Shown here in pieces: positions 39,430 to 48,941 of a DNA stretch of 64,000 nucleotides (position 1 is its first letter; each line of letters opens with the position of its first letter). The stretch covers positions 40,018 through 104,017 of the IMG/VR virus record IMGVR_UViG_3300007169_000025. One strand, written 5' to 3'. Under the pieces are notes generated by a model. That model was not told the origin of the DNA, ran no database searches, and saw only the letters and a list, made by a program, of their open reading frames with translations. Both the position numbers and the translations under genes were made by a program. This DNA is from a virus.

Positions 39430-40479
39430 ATGCAAAAGTTAGTTAAGATTAAGCAGGGCAGTTATCGTAATGCTCCAATTTACGATACTGTTTTTCCGCT
39501 CGTTAAGCCTATGAAGGTAGGCAAGAAGGGCATGTTCGTTACTGTTGATGCTTCAAACATCTTCGGTGCAGATAAGGCAGCAATCCGCGTGTTGATTGAA
39601 AATATTGAAGACGTTGAATACGTCGGCACTGACACTCCTGTGAGTGTTGCACCTGTGGTACCTGTTGCAGCATTGGTTACTAAGCCCGCTGCTCCTGTAG
39701 AGACCCCAGAAGAGGCTATGGATCGTATCCGTAAGCGTTTCGCAATTCTCGACCAAATGACTGACGCTGTTGCTAACGGTGTTGTGCGTGGTCTTATTGT
39801 TAGCGGCCCTCCGGGTGTTGGTAAGAGCTTTGGTGTTGAGCGTATTCTTGATGAGTACGAAGCGATGCATAAGCTCGCAGGCGGTAAGGATGCTCGTACT
39901 GAAATTGTTAAGGGTGCAATGACCCCAATTGGTTTGTTCCAGACGCTGTTTAATAACAGTCGAGAAGGTGACATCCTAGTGTTTGACGACTGTGACAGCA
40001 TCTTGTTTGACGAAGTTTGCTTGAACATGCTTAAGGCTGTGCTTGACTCGGGCAAGAAGCGTACCATTACTTGGAAGGCAGAATCCAACGCCCTGCGCCG
40101 CGAAGGTATTCCAGATCGTTTTGACTTCAAGGGCGGCTGTATCTTTATTACCAACGTTAACTTTGAGAATGTTCGTAGTAAGAAGATTCAAGATCACTTG
40201 CAGGCGCTGATGTCACGCTGTCACTACATTGACTTGGGTATGGATAGTGTGAGCGATCGCTTTCTGCGAATTAACCAGATCGTTAACGACGGCATGCTTG
40301 CTGAATACGATTTTGGTGATGAGGGTGAGCAGGAGGTCGTAGACTTTATGATCGAGAAGTCAAGTCTACTCCGGGAGATTAGTTTGCGTATGGTGCTCAA
40401 GGTAGCCGACCTTAAGAAGATGGCTCCTGAGAACTGGAAGGATCTTGCAGAGAGCACCTGTATGAAGCGGTTTGCCTAA
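39430..40479 (+). CDS. Early AAA+ ATPase
   Basis: Walker A GPPGVGKS, Walker B LVFDD, sensor ITN, ALMSR Arg finger; start at ATG 39430 after gggag. Confidence 0.88.
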   Translation: MQKLVKIKQGSYRNAPIYDTVFPLVKPMKVGKKGMFVTVDASNIFGADKAAIRVLIENIEDVEYVGTDTPVSVAPVVPVAALVTKPAAPVETPEEAMDRIRKRFAILDQMTDAVANGVVRGLIVSGPPGVGKSFGVERILDEYEAMHKLAGGKDARTEIVKGAMTPIGLFQTLFNNSREGDILVFDDCDSILFDEVCLNMLKAVLDSGKKRTITWKAESNALRREGIPDRFDFKGGCIFITNVNFENVRSKKIQDHLQALMSRCHYIDLGMDSVSDRFLRINQIVNDGMLAEYDFGDEGEQEVVDFMIEKSSLLREISLRMVLKVADLKKMAPENWKDLAESTCMKRFA

Positions 40480-40504
40480 ACGTTATTCTCCCACAGCGTT
40501 AGGC

Positions 40505-40538
40505 ACTACCCCCCGAGGAAACTTGGGGGGTAGTTTTT
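40505..40538 (+). terminator. Intrinsic terminator
   Basis: actaccccccgag-gaaa-cttggggggtagt + tttt. Confidence 0.85.
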
Positions 40539-40590
40539 ATCTATTTTAAAGGCTTGACAAATTCATTGAACGAGTATAAATTAGTATAGT

Positions 40591-42048
40591 ATGCAGAAGG
40601 TTACATTAGAAATCCGCGATGAAGTTAATGTTAGGTTCGTTGGGCTTGATCCTAGAACCCGACGTAAGATTTCGGATGCAGTAAAATACTTCTTGCCCTA
40701 TGCTAGGCATATGCCTGCTTTTAAATTAGGCAGGTGGGACGGCTGCATTAGATATTGTGATATTGGCGGCCGCACCTATTTCAATCTGTTAGATAAACTA
40801 TTGCCTCTAGTGGTTGAGGAAGGGTACGATATCGAACTCAACGATATGCGTACTAAATGGAACTTTGAGTTTAGTGCTGTAGGGCAACTGGACTATGAAC
40901 ACATTCCATGGCCTAAGAATCATCCAAATGCCGGTGAGCCGATTATACTCAGAGATTATCAAGTAGAGGTAATCAATCGCTTTCTTGATACCCCACAATG
41001 TTTGCAGCAGATTGCTACAGGCGCAGGCAAGACAATCATTACAGCGGTCCTAAGTCATCGCTGTGAACCATATGGGCGTACAATTGTAATTGTTCCTAAC
41101 AAAGACCTTGTTGTACAGACAGAGCGAGATTATATCAACTTGGGTCTCGATGTTGGTGTTTACTTTGGTGATAGAAAAGACTTTGGTAAAACCCATACTA
41201 TCTGTACATGGCAGAGCTTAGACATTTTAGAAAAAGCCACAAAAGCAGGCACTGCCAATGTCACAATTGATGAGTTCTTAGAAGGTGTAGTATGTGTAAT
41301 GGTTGACGAAGTGCATAAAGCAAAAGCTGATGTACTTCGTGATCAGTTGGGTGGCATGTTCCGTAATGTACCAATTCGTTGGGGTCTAACAGGTACTATT
41401 CCTAAAGATGAATACGAAGCAGTTGGGTGTGTTTGTGCTATTGGGCCTGTGGTTGGTAACCTGAGTAGTAAAGAACTTCAGGACATGGGTGTATTAGCTG
41501 ACTTGGATATTAATATCCTGCAACTACAAGACGGCCAATTAGGTTTTAATAGTTACGCTCAAGAACTAAAATGGCTGCTCACAGATCCAACTAGAATTGA
41601 CCATATCAGTGAAATAGTCAACGGACTAAGTACTGGTGGCAATACACTTGTCCTGATTGATAGAATTAAAACAGGCGAAATGTTATTAGAGCGTAATCCA
41701 GATTGGGTTTTCATTAGCGGTGAAATGAAAACCACCGATCGGCAAAGGGAATATGCTGAAGTAAGCGAAATGAATAATAAGGTTATTGTTGCTACCTATG
41801 GTGTTGCTGCCGTAGGTATTAACATTCCTCGCATCTTTAATCTTGTTATGATTGAGCCAGGTAAGAGCTTTGTCCGTGTTATTCAGAGCATCGGCCGCGG
41901 CATTCGTAAAGCCGAAGATAAAGATTATGTTCAAGTTGTTGACCTTACTAGCAATTTAAAGTATAGTAAGAGACATTTGGCACATCGTAAAGCCTATTAC
42001 AAGGAGCAAAACTTTAGACATCAAACAACTAAGGTTGAATACAAATGA
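40591..42048 (+). CDS. uvsW: SF2 helicase UvsW-like
   Basis: WDG, RDYQ, ATGAGKT, DEVH, GLTGT, GINIP, QSIGRG. Confidence 0.9.
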   Translation: MQKVTLEIRDEVNVRFVGLDPRTRRKISDAVKYFLPYARHMPAFKLGRWDGCIRYCDIGGRTYFNLLDKLLPLVVEEGYDIELNDMRTKWNFEFSAVGQLDYEHIPWPKNHPNAGEPIILRDYQVEVINRFLDTPQCLQQIATGAGKTIITAVLSHRCEPYGRTIVIVPNKDLVVQTERDYINLGLDVGVYFGDRKDFGKTHTICTWQSLDILEKATKAGTANVTIDEFLEGVVCVMVDEVHKAKADVLRDQLGGMFRNVPIRWGLTGTIPKDEYEAVGCVCAIGPVVGNLSSKELQDMGVLADLDINILQLQDGQLGFNSYAQELKWLLTDPTRIDHISEIVNGLSTGGNTLVLIDRIKTGEMLLERNPDWVFISGEMKTTDRQREYAEVSEMNNKVIVATYGVAAVGINIPRIFNLVMIEPGKSFVRVIQSIGRGIRKAEDKDYVQVVDLTSNLKYSKRHLAHRKAYYKEQNFRHQTTKVEYK

Positions 42049-42329
42049 CACGAGACGAATATAGAAACCTCACAGATACTGACCGTGCGTTTTTAAAACT
42101 TGAGGGTCGCTGCATAGGATGTGGTTGCCAGCTAAAAAATCAGGTGTTTATTGTACATAGTGAATGGTGTAGTAACAGCCCAAAACTATCATTTGCTTAT
42201 AACTGGGACCGAGGTAGTAATAGGATTGTAGTAGATAAATCACGTCGGCAAGGTAAGAGCGTGATTGCTAATATGGTAAAAGAATTTAACAAACTATTTG
42301 GAAAACAAAATGAAAATATTAACAGTTGA
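42045..42329 (+). CDS. Hypothetical protein
   Basis: ATGA-coupled to uvsW; CIGCGC...H..WC and SRRQGKS. Confidence 0.55.
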   Translation: MTRDEYRNLTDTDRAFLKLEGRCIGCGCQLKNQVFIVHSEWCSNSPKLSFAYNWDRGSNRIVVDKSRRQGKSVIANMVKEFNKLFGKQNENINS

Positions 42330-42810
42330 TAACAACCCCTATGATTTAGATACTGTACCAGACGAAATTGAAGATGTTCGCTATTGTGTACTTGATGCTA
42401 GTGATCCTACTTACATCGACTATTATTTCTTACCCCTGATCTTTTTGGAGAGCTTCCATGCTCCTGCTATTTGTTTGCAGATAGGTAAACATAGTTTGCA
42501 AATGCCAATGGATTGGAGTATCGTAATCTGCGACGAGGATTATACTGCGGTTGAAGTTATCCCCTTAGCAAGTCTAAATAACAGAGGCTTTCGTTGTCTA
42601 GCACTTAATCCAATGGTAAGTAACTCACTTACCAGCTATGAAATTTCCATTACAAATATCTTCCAAGATGTAAAATGGTATTTCCCAAAGCTAAAGAACG
42701 GACATGTATTAGCTGTACCGTTAGAGAACAAAGGTAAACCTTTGTGTGCGTTCTTTGTTAAAGAGCTAAACAAAGTTTGTGATTTACAAGTTGGAGATCT
42801 AGTTGGATGA
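42298..42810 (+). CDS. Phage hypothetical protein
   Basis: 170-aa ORF (likely start MKILT); WYFPKLKNG. Confidence 0.7.
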   Translation: MENKMKILTVDNNPYDLDTVPDEIEDVRYCVLDASDPTYIDYYFLPLIFLESFHAPAICLQIGKHSLQMPMDWSIVICDEDYTAVEVIPLASLNNRGFRCLALNPMVSNSLTSYEISITNIFQDVKWYFPKLKNGHVLAVPLENKGKPLCAFFVKELNKVCDLQVGDLVG

Positions 42811-43283
42811 CAAAGATCAAGAAAGAGCCTGCTATCCCGTTAAAGGATATTATGGCAGCTCTTGATCGTAAGGATCGGGGGTTCTATGATAGATTGTCTG
42901 ACGAGCAGAAGAAAGCATTTGTGCCCTGGATGATGATGCGCTATGCTAGCAGCGCACAAGGCCGTAATGCTGCTCATTACTTGTTTATGGTTAATGAACT
43001 TGTTAACAAAAACTTCAGTGACGTTAGCAAGCATCCTGAACTACAGTGGCTACTAATGACCGCAGCAGGTTCTGGTAAGGTAGAATTTCATCCTTATATC
43101 AAGCCGCCAAATAGTAAGAAAAAGAAAGATAAGCTCAGCGAGTTTGTTTATAGCATATATCCTAATTTTAAAAGGGATGACTTAGAACTATTCATAGCAT
43201 TAAATAGTAAGGATGAATTGAAAGAATTAGCAAAAGCGCATGGATATGACGACAAGACTATTGCAGACATCTTTGGAAAGTGA
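42807..43283 (+). CDS. Probable clamp-loader small subunit (gp62-like)
   Basis: F.PWMMMRY.S, VNELVN, KHPELQW, YIK pattern; replication context. Confidence 0.5.
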   Translation: MTKIKKEPAIPLKDIMAALDRKDRGFYDRLSDEQKKAFVPWMMMRYASSAQGRNAAHYLFMVNELVNKNFSDVSKHPELQWLLMTAAGSGKVEFHPYIKPPNSKKKKDKLSEFVYSIYPNFKRDDLELFIALNSKDELKELAKAHGYDDKTIADIFGK

Positions 43284-43953
43284 CACTACATGTAAGTGGT
43301 GTGAGAAAGAGTTTCGTAACGAGCGAACTCTATCAGCTCACATGTGCCCAAAGAAGCGCCGCTGGGCAGATAGAGAAATGACGCATGTACGATTGGGCTT
43401 CCGTGTATTTCAAATGTTTTATGAATTGAGTACTACAGCAAGTAAACCTAAAACCATAGAGGACTTTATTCGCAGTCAGTACTACGAAGCATTTGTAAAG
43501 TTTGGTCGTAGCTGTGTACGCAATGAATATCTAGAACCAGAAAAATTCGCAGAATGGTTAATTAAGAATGGTAAGAAGCTAGCCGATTGGAGTAAGGATA
43601 GTTTGTATGACGAATTCTTACTTGAGTATGTAAAGAAAGAAACAGGCATCAGGGCACTGGAACGAAGCATATTGTATCTTGCTGAATGGTCGGAAGATAA
43701 CAGTTGCGATTGGCAAGATTATTTTAAGGTAGTTAGCACCCCTCGAGCAGTACATGATATTAGGGCAGCAAAGATATCGCCCTGGTTATTGTATCTGAGT
43801 GACACTGGTAGAGAACTACTCACTAGATTTAACGATGAACAAGTTAAAATGATAAATCATATTATTGATGCTAAGTTCTGGTTCAAGGTCTTTGCAAAAA
43901 ATACCGAAGAAGTAGAAGAAGTCAAAACAGCATGTGAGACTGCAGGAATCTAG
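43240..43953 (+). CDS. Zinc-finger protein (start uncertain)
   Basis: CKWCEKEF...LSAHMC; ISPWLL C-terminal motif. Confidence 0.65.
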   Translation: MDMTTRLLQTSLESDTTCKWCEKEFRNERTLSAHMCPKKRRWADREMTHVRLGFRVFQMFYELSTTASKPKTIEDFIRSQYYEAFVKFGRSCVRNEYLEPEKFAEWLIKNGKKLADWSKDSLYDEFLLEYVKKETGIRALERSILYLAEWSEDNSCDWQDYFKVVSTPRAVHDIRAAKISPWLLYLSDTGRELLTRFNDEQVKMINHIIDAKFWFKVFAKNTEEVEEVKTACETAGI

Positions 43954-44910
43954 TTGAGAGAATCTATGAAATTATCAATAAAAGAAGTAGTTTCTATTGC
44001 TGGATCTAGAGTAGACAATCCTCATAGAGGTTTTCCTGAGCGAAATTCGTCTCGATATATCGAGCAGTATTTTAAACCTTATTTTGAACCAAAGTTTAAA
44101 ATAGACTTTGACACAACTAAGCCGATATATACTATTGGATCTTGCTTTGCTCGTGAAATTGAGGATTGTCTACACGAGCTAGGATATAATGTTCCTACAA
44201 AAAGATACAAGGCTCCAGAAGAAATTGCACAAGGTGGCCGACCAAATTTTGGACTCAATCAATTTAACCCCGGCTGTATAGGACAAACTATCCTAGCAGC
44301 ATTAAGTGATAAAACAATACAACCTTGTATATATCGTACCAAACAGGGTGAATTGATAGATCTCTTATTGGTTGGTTCACCCGCAGTATCAGCTAATAGA
44401 ATATTTCAGCGCCATACAGAAATCTCTAAGTTATATGAGGGCTTAAAGACTGCAGAATGTCTTGTTTTAACATTGGGACTCACTGAGTGTTGGTATGATA
44501 CTGAAAATAATGTATGGTTAAATCGTGCCCCGCCCCTAGATGAACAGACTCTAAACAGTGATAGATTTGAATTTAGGATACTAGATTATAACGAGTGTAT
44601 TGAGGCGTTGGAACCAGCACTTTCTATACTTGATGATTTAAAAATTAAAACAGTAATAACAGTATCTCCAGTACCGTTGCAAACTACTTTTACAAACAGT
44701 GATTGTGTTGTTGCAAATGAGTTTGGCAAGTCAACTTTGAGAGCAGTAGCAGGACATTTTACTAATAAATATAACTATATGGACTATTTCCCCGCATATG
44801 AAATGATCAGACATTTAGGAACAAATGCATATAGGGAAGATAATATTCATGTTAGTTTAGAATTAGTAAAAATCATAACAGATTTTATGATTAACAGTTA
44901 TAGTAAGTAG
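43954..44910 (+). CDS. GSCFA-family SGNH hydrolase-like protein
   Basis: TIGSCFA, TLGLTE.W, TVSPVPL..TF, KS.LRA, YFPAYE, D..HV. Confidence 0.85.
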   Translation: MRESMKLSIKEVVSIAGSRVDNPHRGFPERNSSRYIEQYFKPYFEPKFKIDFDTTKPIYTIGSCFAREIEDCLHELGYNVPTKRYKAPEEIAQGGRPNFGLNQFNPGCIGQTILAALSDKTIQPCIYRTKQGELIDLLLVGSPAVSANRIFQRHTEISKLYEGLKTAECLVLTLGLTECWYDTENNVWLNRAPPLDEQTLNSDRFEFRILDYNECIEALEPALSILDDLKIKTVITVSPVPLQTTFTNSDCVVANEFGKSTLRAVAGHFTNKYNYMDYFPAYEMIRHLGTNAYREDNIHVSLELVKIITDFMINSYSK

Positions 44911-44920
44911 AGATAATTTT

Positions 44921-45700
44921 ATGAAAGACAATTTAACAATTAAAGATATAGGACTTGAAGTAATCAAGTGGCCTATTACAAAAGTTAGAGTTGGTAAAGT
45001 TGACGACCGCTGGCTAGTTGAATATCGTAGAAAAGCAAAATGGGTACTTGACCGTTGGTGGTGGTTTGATGATGGTAAGTATATTGACTATCGTGAAGCA
45101 GTCGCCCGGGCGCAGGCTATAGCCGCCGCAGGATATATAACAACTATTAGAAACGCCACACCAACTTTTGATGTAACACCATATGATCCGGATGAACCGT
45201 TGGTTGCGTCAGTACCAGCACCGCCAGCACCTCAGGTAGTAAAGCGTGTTGTTACAAAGCAAGCCGCAGCCGCAGCCGCCGCCCCGGGGTTTGCTGCATG
45301 GAAGGCGACTCAAGGGGTTGACTTAGACGGTGACGGGGATATTGACGAGGATGACTTTAAGTTGTATAATGCAGGTGATCGTTGGGATGCAGCCTCATCT
45401 GGATGGGACAATCCTCAAGATTTAGACGGCGATGGCGACATTGATGAAGATGATTATCGTCTATATGAAGCAGCAAAGCGATGGGAAGATAAGGGTTGGG
45501 AAAATCCTGAGGACTTAGACGGCGATGGCGACATTGATGAAGATGACTATAAGCTGTATGAATCCGCAAAGCGTTGGGAAGAACTTGGGTGGGATAATCC
45601 TGAGGATTTGAACAACGACGGTATCATTGACATTGAGGATTATAAGTTATATGTTCAGGGCGACCGTTGGGACAACGAAAAGGATAAAGGTAATGAATAA
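44921..45700 (+). CDS. Protein with four EF-hand/dockerin-like Ca-binding repeats
   Basis: DLDGDGDIDEDD x3 + DLNNDGIIDIED. Confidence 0.75.
   Translation: MKDNLTIKDIGLEVIKWPITKVRVGKVDDRWLVEYRRKAKWVLDRWWWFDDGKYIDYREAVARAQAIAAAGYITTIRNATPTFDVTPYDPDEPLVASVPAPPAPQVVKRVVTKQAAAAAAAPGFAAWKATQGVDLDGDGDIDEDDFKLYNAGDRWDAASSGWDNPQDLDGDGDIDEDDYRLYEAAKRWEDKGWENPEDLDGDGDIDEDDYKLYESAKRWEELGWDNPEDLNNDGIIDIEDYKLYVQGDRWDNEKDKGNE
45320..45670 (+). repeat. Four tandem ~93-99-bp coding repeats
   Basis: ttagacggcgatggcgacattgatgaagatga identical in copies 2 and 3. Confidence 0.85.
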
Positions 45701-45851
45701 CGACAAACCGAGAGCAATTTTTAGTATTGAAGATCTAGACATCATTAAAGAAGCATTATTATTTTATGTGCAGGTTGCCGATGACCTAGAACCTACATTA
45801 CAAAGAAAGATTGTTAATCTAACACACAGACTAAACCGAGGTAAAAAGTGA
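45693..45851 (+). CDS. Small hypothetical protein
   Basis: MNNDKPRAIFS... part of ORF 45627-45851; GTGA-coupled to thyX. Confidence 0.55.
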   Translation: MNNDKPRAIFSIEDLDIIKEALLFYVQVADDLEPTLQRKIVNLTHRLNRGKK

Positions 45852-46513
45852 GCGAAGTAAATTTAATTGGCGTAACCAAGCCTAGTGCTATTACAGATTG
45901 TCATACTCCTGGTGATCTAGTTGCATATGCAGCACGAGTTAGCAATCCGGCTAACCAAAGCAACACACAAACTGCACCAAAGCTGCTAAAGTATCTCATC
46001 AAGCACAAGCACTGGAGTCCATTTGAGATGGTGCATATCACAATGGAAATTAAGACCACACGTGATATTGCTCGTCAGATTCTACGCCATCGTAGTTTTG
46101 CTTTCCAAGAATTCAGTCAGCGTTATGCTGTAGCAGAGAATGTAGGCTGTAAGCGCGAAGCACGTCTACAAGACGAAAAGAACCGCCAGAACTCGGTTGA
46201 GGTTAATGATCCAGAGCTACAAGAAAGCTGGAACATGGAACAGGCTAAGGTTCGTAATGCTGCCATGAACGCATATAAGTGGGCACTGGATAAAGGTATT
46301 GCCAAGGAGCAAGCTCGTGCAGTACTGCCAGAGGGCTTAACTGAAAGCACACTTTACATGGCCGGCAGTTTGCGTTCTTGGATTCATTATATCGATCTTC
46401 GTGCAGCAAATGGCACACAAAAAGAACACATGATCATTGCAGAGCAATGCAAGAAGATTGTGCTAGAACATTTTCCAATGCTAGACGAGTACTGGGCTGA
46501 TGCTGAAGGTTAA
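45848..46513 (+). CDS. thyX: Flavin-dependent thymidylate synthase
   Basis: ARVS, HWSPFE, RHRSFAFQEFSQRY, EQARAVLP, Q.EH. Confidence 0.95.
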   Translation: MSEVNLIGVTKPSAITDCHTPGDLVAYAARVSNPANQSNTQTAPKLLKYLIKHKHWSPFEMVHITMEIKTTRDIARQILRHRSFAFQEFSQRYAVAENVGCKREARLQDEKNRQNSVEVNDPELQESWNMEQAKVRNAAMNAYKWALDKGIAKEQARAVLPEGLTESTLYMAGSLRSWIHYIDLRAANGTQKEHMIIAEQCKKIVLEHFPMLDEYWADAEG

Positions 46514-46667
46514 TACACCAGACGAAGCCGTCATTAGACTTCATGATATTGCTCGGCTAATTGAGCGATCATACTCTGATCCTGTTGGAGTTAACCTTGC
46601 AAAAGAAATTCGCTCTGTAGCAGACGAGCTAAATGAACTGATTAAAGATCGTGACAGCAAAAATTGA
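46500..46667 (+). CDS. 55-aa hypothetical protein
   Basis: Read manually: MLKVNTPDEAVIRLHDIARLIERSYSDPVGVNLAKEIRSVADELNELIKDRDSKN*; fills the thyX-polymerase gap. Confidence 0.55.
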   Translation: MLKVNTPDEAVIRLHDIARLIERSYSDPVGVNLAKEIRSVADELNELIKDRDSKN

Positions 46668-47238
46668 TTTTGACGTAGATATTGATATGGCTAACCGTGA
46701 GGACTTCTTGCGGTTAGTTAATCACATACCTGCTAGCATTAAAGCAGATGACGGCACTTATTCAAAACATAACACCGGAGTCTACTTTCAAACTATTCCT
46801 ACTTTTCCGTTAGAGGGATTCAGCAGCATTGATTATGAAACTGCCGAAGAAGATGGTTGGTTTAAAGTAGACATCCTAAACAATGGCATTTATAAAGATG
46901 TGAGGGACGAAGCACATCTTACACAACTAATGGAAGTAGAGCCCTTATGGGAACTGCTTGAGCATGAAGAATTTGTTGAAAAATTATTTCATATTAGTAA
47001 CTATTCAAATATTCTAGCGCAGTACAAGCCTACTAGTGTCGAACAGTTAGCTATGATTTTAGCAATTATTCGCCCGGGTAAAAAGCATCTAATTGGTAAG
47101 AGTTGGGAAGATATTGCCAAACAGGTATGGGTGAAACCCACTGATGGCAGTTACTATTTTAAGCACAGTCACGCTATAGCATATGCTGTTGCTATTGTTG
47201 TGCAAATGAATTTAATTTGTGAATCGGCTTACGCTTAA
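46651..47238 (+). CDS. Minimal DnaE (Pol III alpha)-like catalytic core
   Basis: DFDVDID, KHNTGV, FKVDIL, LAIIRPG, FKHSHAIAYA in DnaE order. Confidence 0.8.
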   Translation: MTAKIDFDVDIDMANREDFLRLVNHIPASIKADDGTYSKHNTGVYFQTIPTFPLEGFSSIDYETAEEDGWFKVDILNNGIYKDVRDEAHLTQLMEVEPLWELLEHEEFVEKLFHISNYSNILAQYKPTSVEQLAMILAIIRPGKKHLIGKSWEDIAKQVWVKPTDGSYYFKHSHAIAYAVAIVVQMNLICESAYA

Positions 47239-47612
47239 CTAGTCTTGCGTATTAGTTGAATACTACGCCGTTTGATTCGCTTCTTTAATAGATTCTGTAG
47301 GCTTGTAACTGGCCCAAATAGTATTTCAACGTCTTTAAAAGTAAACGTTTTTAAATAAGGATGAAACGGTCGCATTTCGTAATGTAGAAATACATCTATA
47401 GGTATTTGCCTATTACTTTCCCACCACCAAACTTCACCTAACTCAAGAAACTCTTTTTTAACTTGTAATGTGGGCATTGCATCTACGTCGTAGAATGTAA
47501 TAATGCTGTTATCGTGGTTTACAACAATGCCTAAATATTCTTGTCCGCAGTATGAAATTCCTGTTAGAAATTCTAGCTCGTTATAATTACTAATATTAGT
47601 TTTATCAATCAT
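47235..47612 (-). CDS. Phage hypothetical protein
   Basis: FLELGEVWWWESNRQIPI; GGTAAATA box 6 nt upstream. Confidence 0.7.
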   Translation of the reverse strand: MIDKTNISNYNELEFLTGISYCGQEYLGIVVNHDNSIITFYDVDAMPTLQVKKEFLELGEVWWWESNRQIPIDVFLHYEMRPFHPYLKTFTFKDVEILFGPVTSLQNLLKKRIKRRSIQLIRKTS

Positions 47613-47686
47613 TAAAATTATTTACCAAAAATGCTCTGTTAACTTCTACAGATTTTGAATCGCTGTCAAATGTGATAAATACTGTT

Positions 47687-48496
47687 ATGAGCAGCTACGG
47701 TGACCAAAAACTATACCTTTACGATGATGTAATAGAGCTTGTTGTCACTGTGGATAATATTTATGTGGACAACAGACCTATGAACCTAAGAAAGCTGGTA
47801 GCCCATAAGGGTTTAACAAATACAATTTTGTTTAATATAAGGGATCGCGATCGCAGATTACAAAATGTATTTTCTGATACGTTGCGTATCTATATGGTAC
47901 ATCCTACTACTAAACGAAGAATTTTTACCAAGCCCTTAGTTAATACTTCAGATGTAGGTAAAGTAAAGCTAGTACTTGAAGAAGCTGATTTAGCAAATAT
48001 TGAATCAGGCTTATATACACTTTATGTTACCCGCAGTACACAAGAAAATGAGAATTTGCCAGTTTACAACGATCAAAATAACAACATTAAATTTGATATT
48101 GAGATCACAGACCAAACTGGAGAAGAACCTGTTCCTACCCAAGCGGAACTTACTTTTACACAAACAGCAAATACAATGTTAGGCGATACATCCAATGTTA
48201 TTGTTAGTAGCGCACTTTACGGTAATTTGGATCGTAATTTCCCTAACGCCCAACATAGTATTGCATTTTACACCACACAGTATACAGGGAATATAACAAT
48301 ACAAGCAAGTTGTTTGCTTGGTGTTCCGGACCTAGATGATGCTAGTAGCGATTGGTTCAACGTTGAAACAATTGCGCTCAGTAACAGTAGTGTTGTTAAG
48401 CACCATACATTTAATGTTAACTGCAATTGGATTCGTGTTAAACACACACCAGACGACACAAATGGAACACTAGATAAAATCCTACTAAGAAATTAA
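47687..48496 (+). CDS. Late structural-type protein (baseplate-upper-like beta domains)
   Basis: GATAAATA 47674-47681 5 nt before ATG; KG.TN.I.F...D.D, G.Y.L, W.RV.. Confidence 0.55.
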   Translation: MSSYGDQKLYLYDDVIELVVTVDNIYVDNRPMNLRKLVAHKGLTNTILFNIRDRDRRLQNVFSDTLRIYMVHPTTKRRIFTKPLVNTSDVGKVKLVLEEADLANIESGLYTLYVTRSTQENENLPVYNDQNNNIKFDIEITDQTGEEPVPTQAELTFTQTANTMLGDTSNVIVSSALYGNLDRNFPNAQHSIAFYTTQYTGNITIQASCLLGVPDLDDASSDWFNVETIALSNSSVVKHHTFNVNCNWIRVKHTPDDTNGTLDKILLRN

Positions 48497-48508
48497 AGGC
48501 GGTGTCAC

Positions 48509-48838
48509 ATGGATAAAATTGAATTAGAAAGAGCTAGACTGATTAATTGGATTCTTAGAATTGTAATCACAATCCTAAGCACAATCCTGGTAGCAGTAGT
48601 ATTGGTGCTATTAATTGGTATCTTTATGCCAAATGAACAAATTGATAACAAGGATATTCTTGCAATTATCAATCCTGCGTTCAATACTATTATTGGTGCG
48701 TTTGTTGGCTTACTAGCAGGCTTAACTGTTAGCAAAGGCGAAGCAGCAAAGGAACCTACAGTATTCCCTCCCCAACCTATTTCACAATCACAGAACGTGG
48801 TTCATGAAGTGGTTGAAGAAGTAAAAGAAGAATTCTAA
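48509..48838 (+). CDS. Two-TM membrane protein
   Basis: Two hydrophobic helices; PAFNTIIGAFVGLL. Confidence 0.7.
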   Translation: MDKIELERARLINWILRIVITILSTILVAVVLVLLIGIFMPNEQIDNKDILAIINPAFNTIIGAFVGLLAGLTVSKGEAAKEPTVFPPQPISQSQNVVHEVVEEVKEEF

Positions 48839-48857
48839 TTTTTAGATCTTCTAGATT

Positions 48858-48883
48858 AAGTGCCGGTAACCCCGGCACTTTTT
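48858..48883 (+). terminator. Intrinsic terminator
   Basis: aagtgccgg-taacc-ccggcactt + ttt. Confidence 0.85.
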
Positions 48884-48884
48884 C

Positions 48885-48912
48885 TTGACTTTTTCTTACA
48901 CGATGCTATAAT
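48885..48912 (+). promoter_or_regulatory. Sigma70-type early promoter
   Basis: TTGACT-N16-TATAAT, TGC extended -10. Confidence 0.75.
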
Positions 48913-48941
48913 GTACTATAAAGCCTTAATAGGACATCAGC

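Noticed and set aside
39480-40154. 224-aa minus-strand ORF
   Set aside because: Antisense shadow of the AAA ATPase; the same applies to the many 60-140-aa nested or antisense ORFs in the track
45320-45670. Regularly spaced repeats resembling a CRISPR array
   Set aside because: In-frame coding repeats whose intervening segments are homologous to each other; no cas genes
46651-47238. dnaE pseudogene
   Set aside because: Deletions fall between motifs while all catalytic motifs and the reading frame are preserved, which fits a selected minimal protein better
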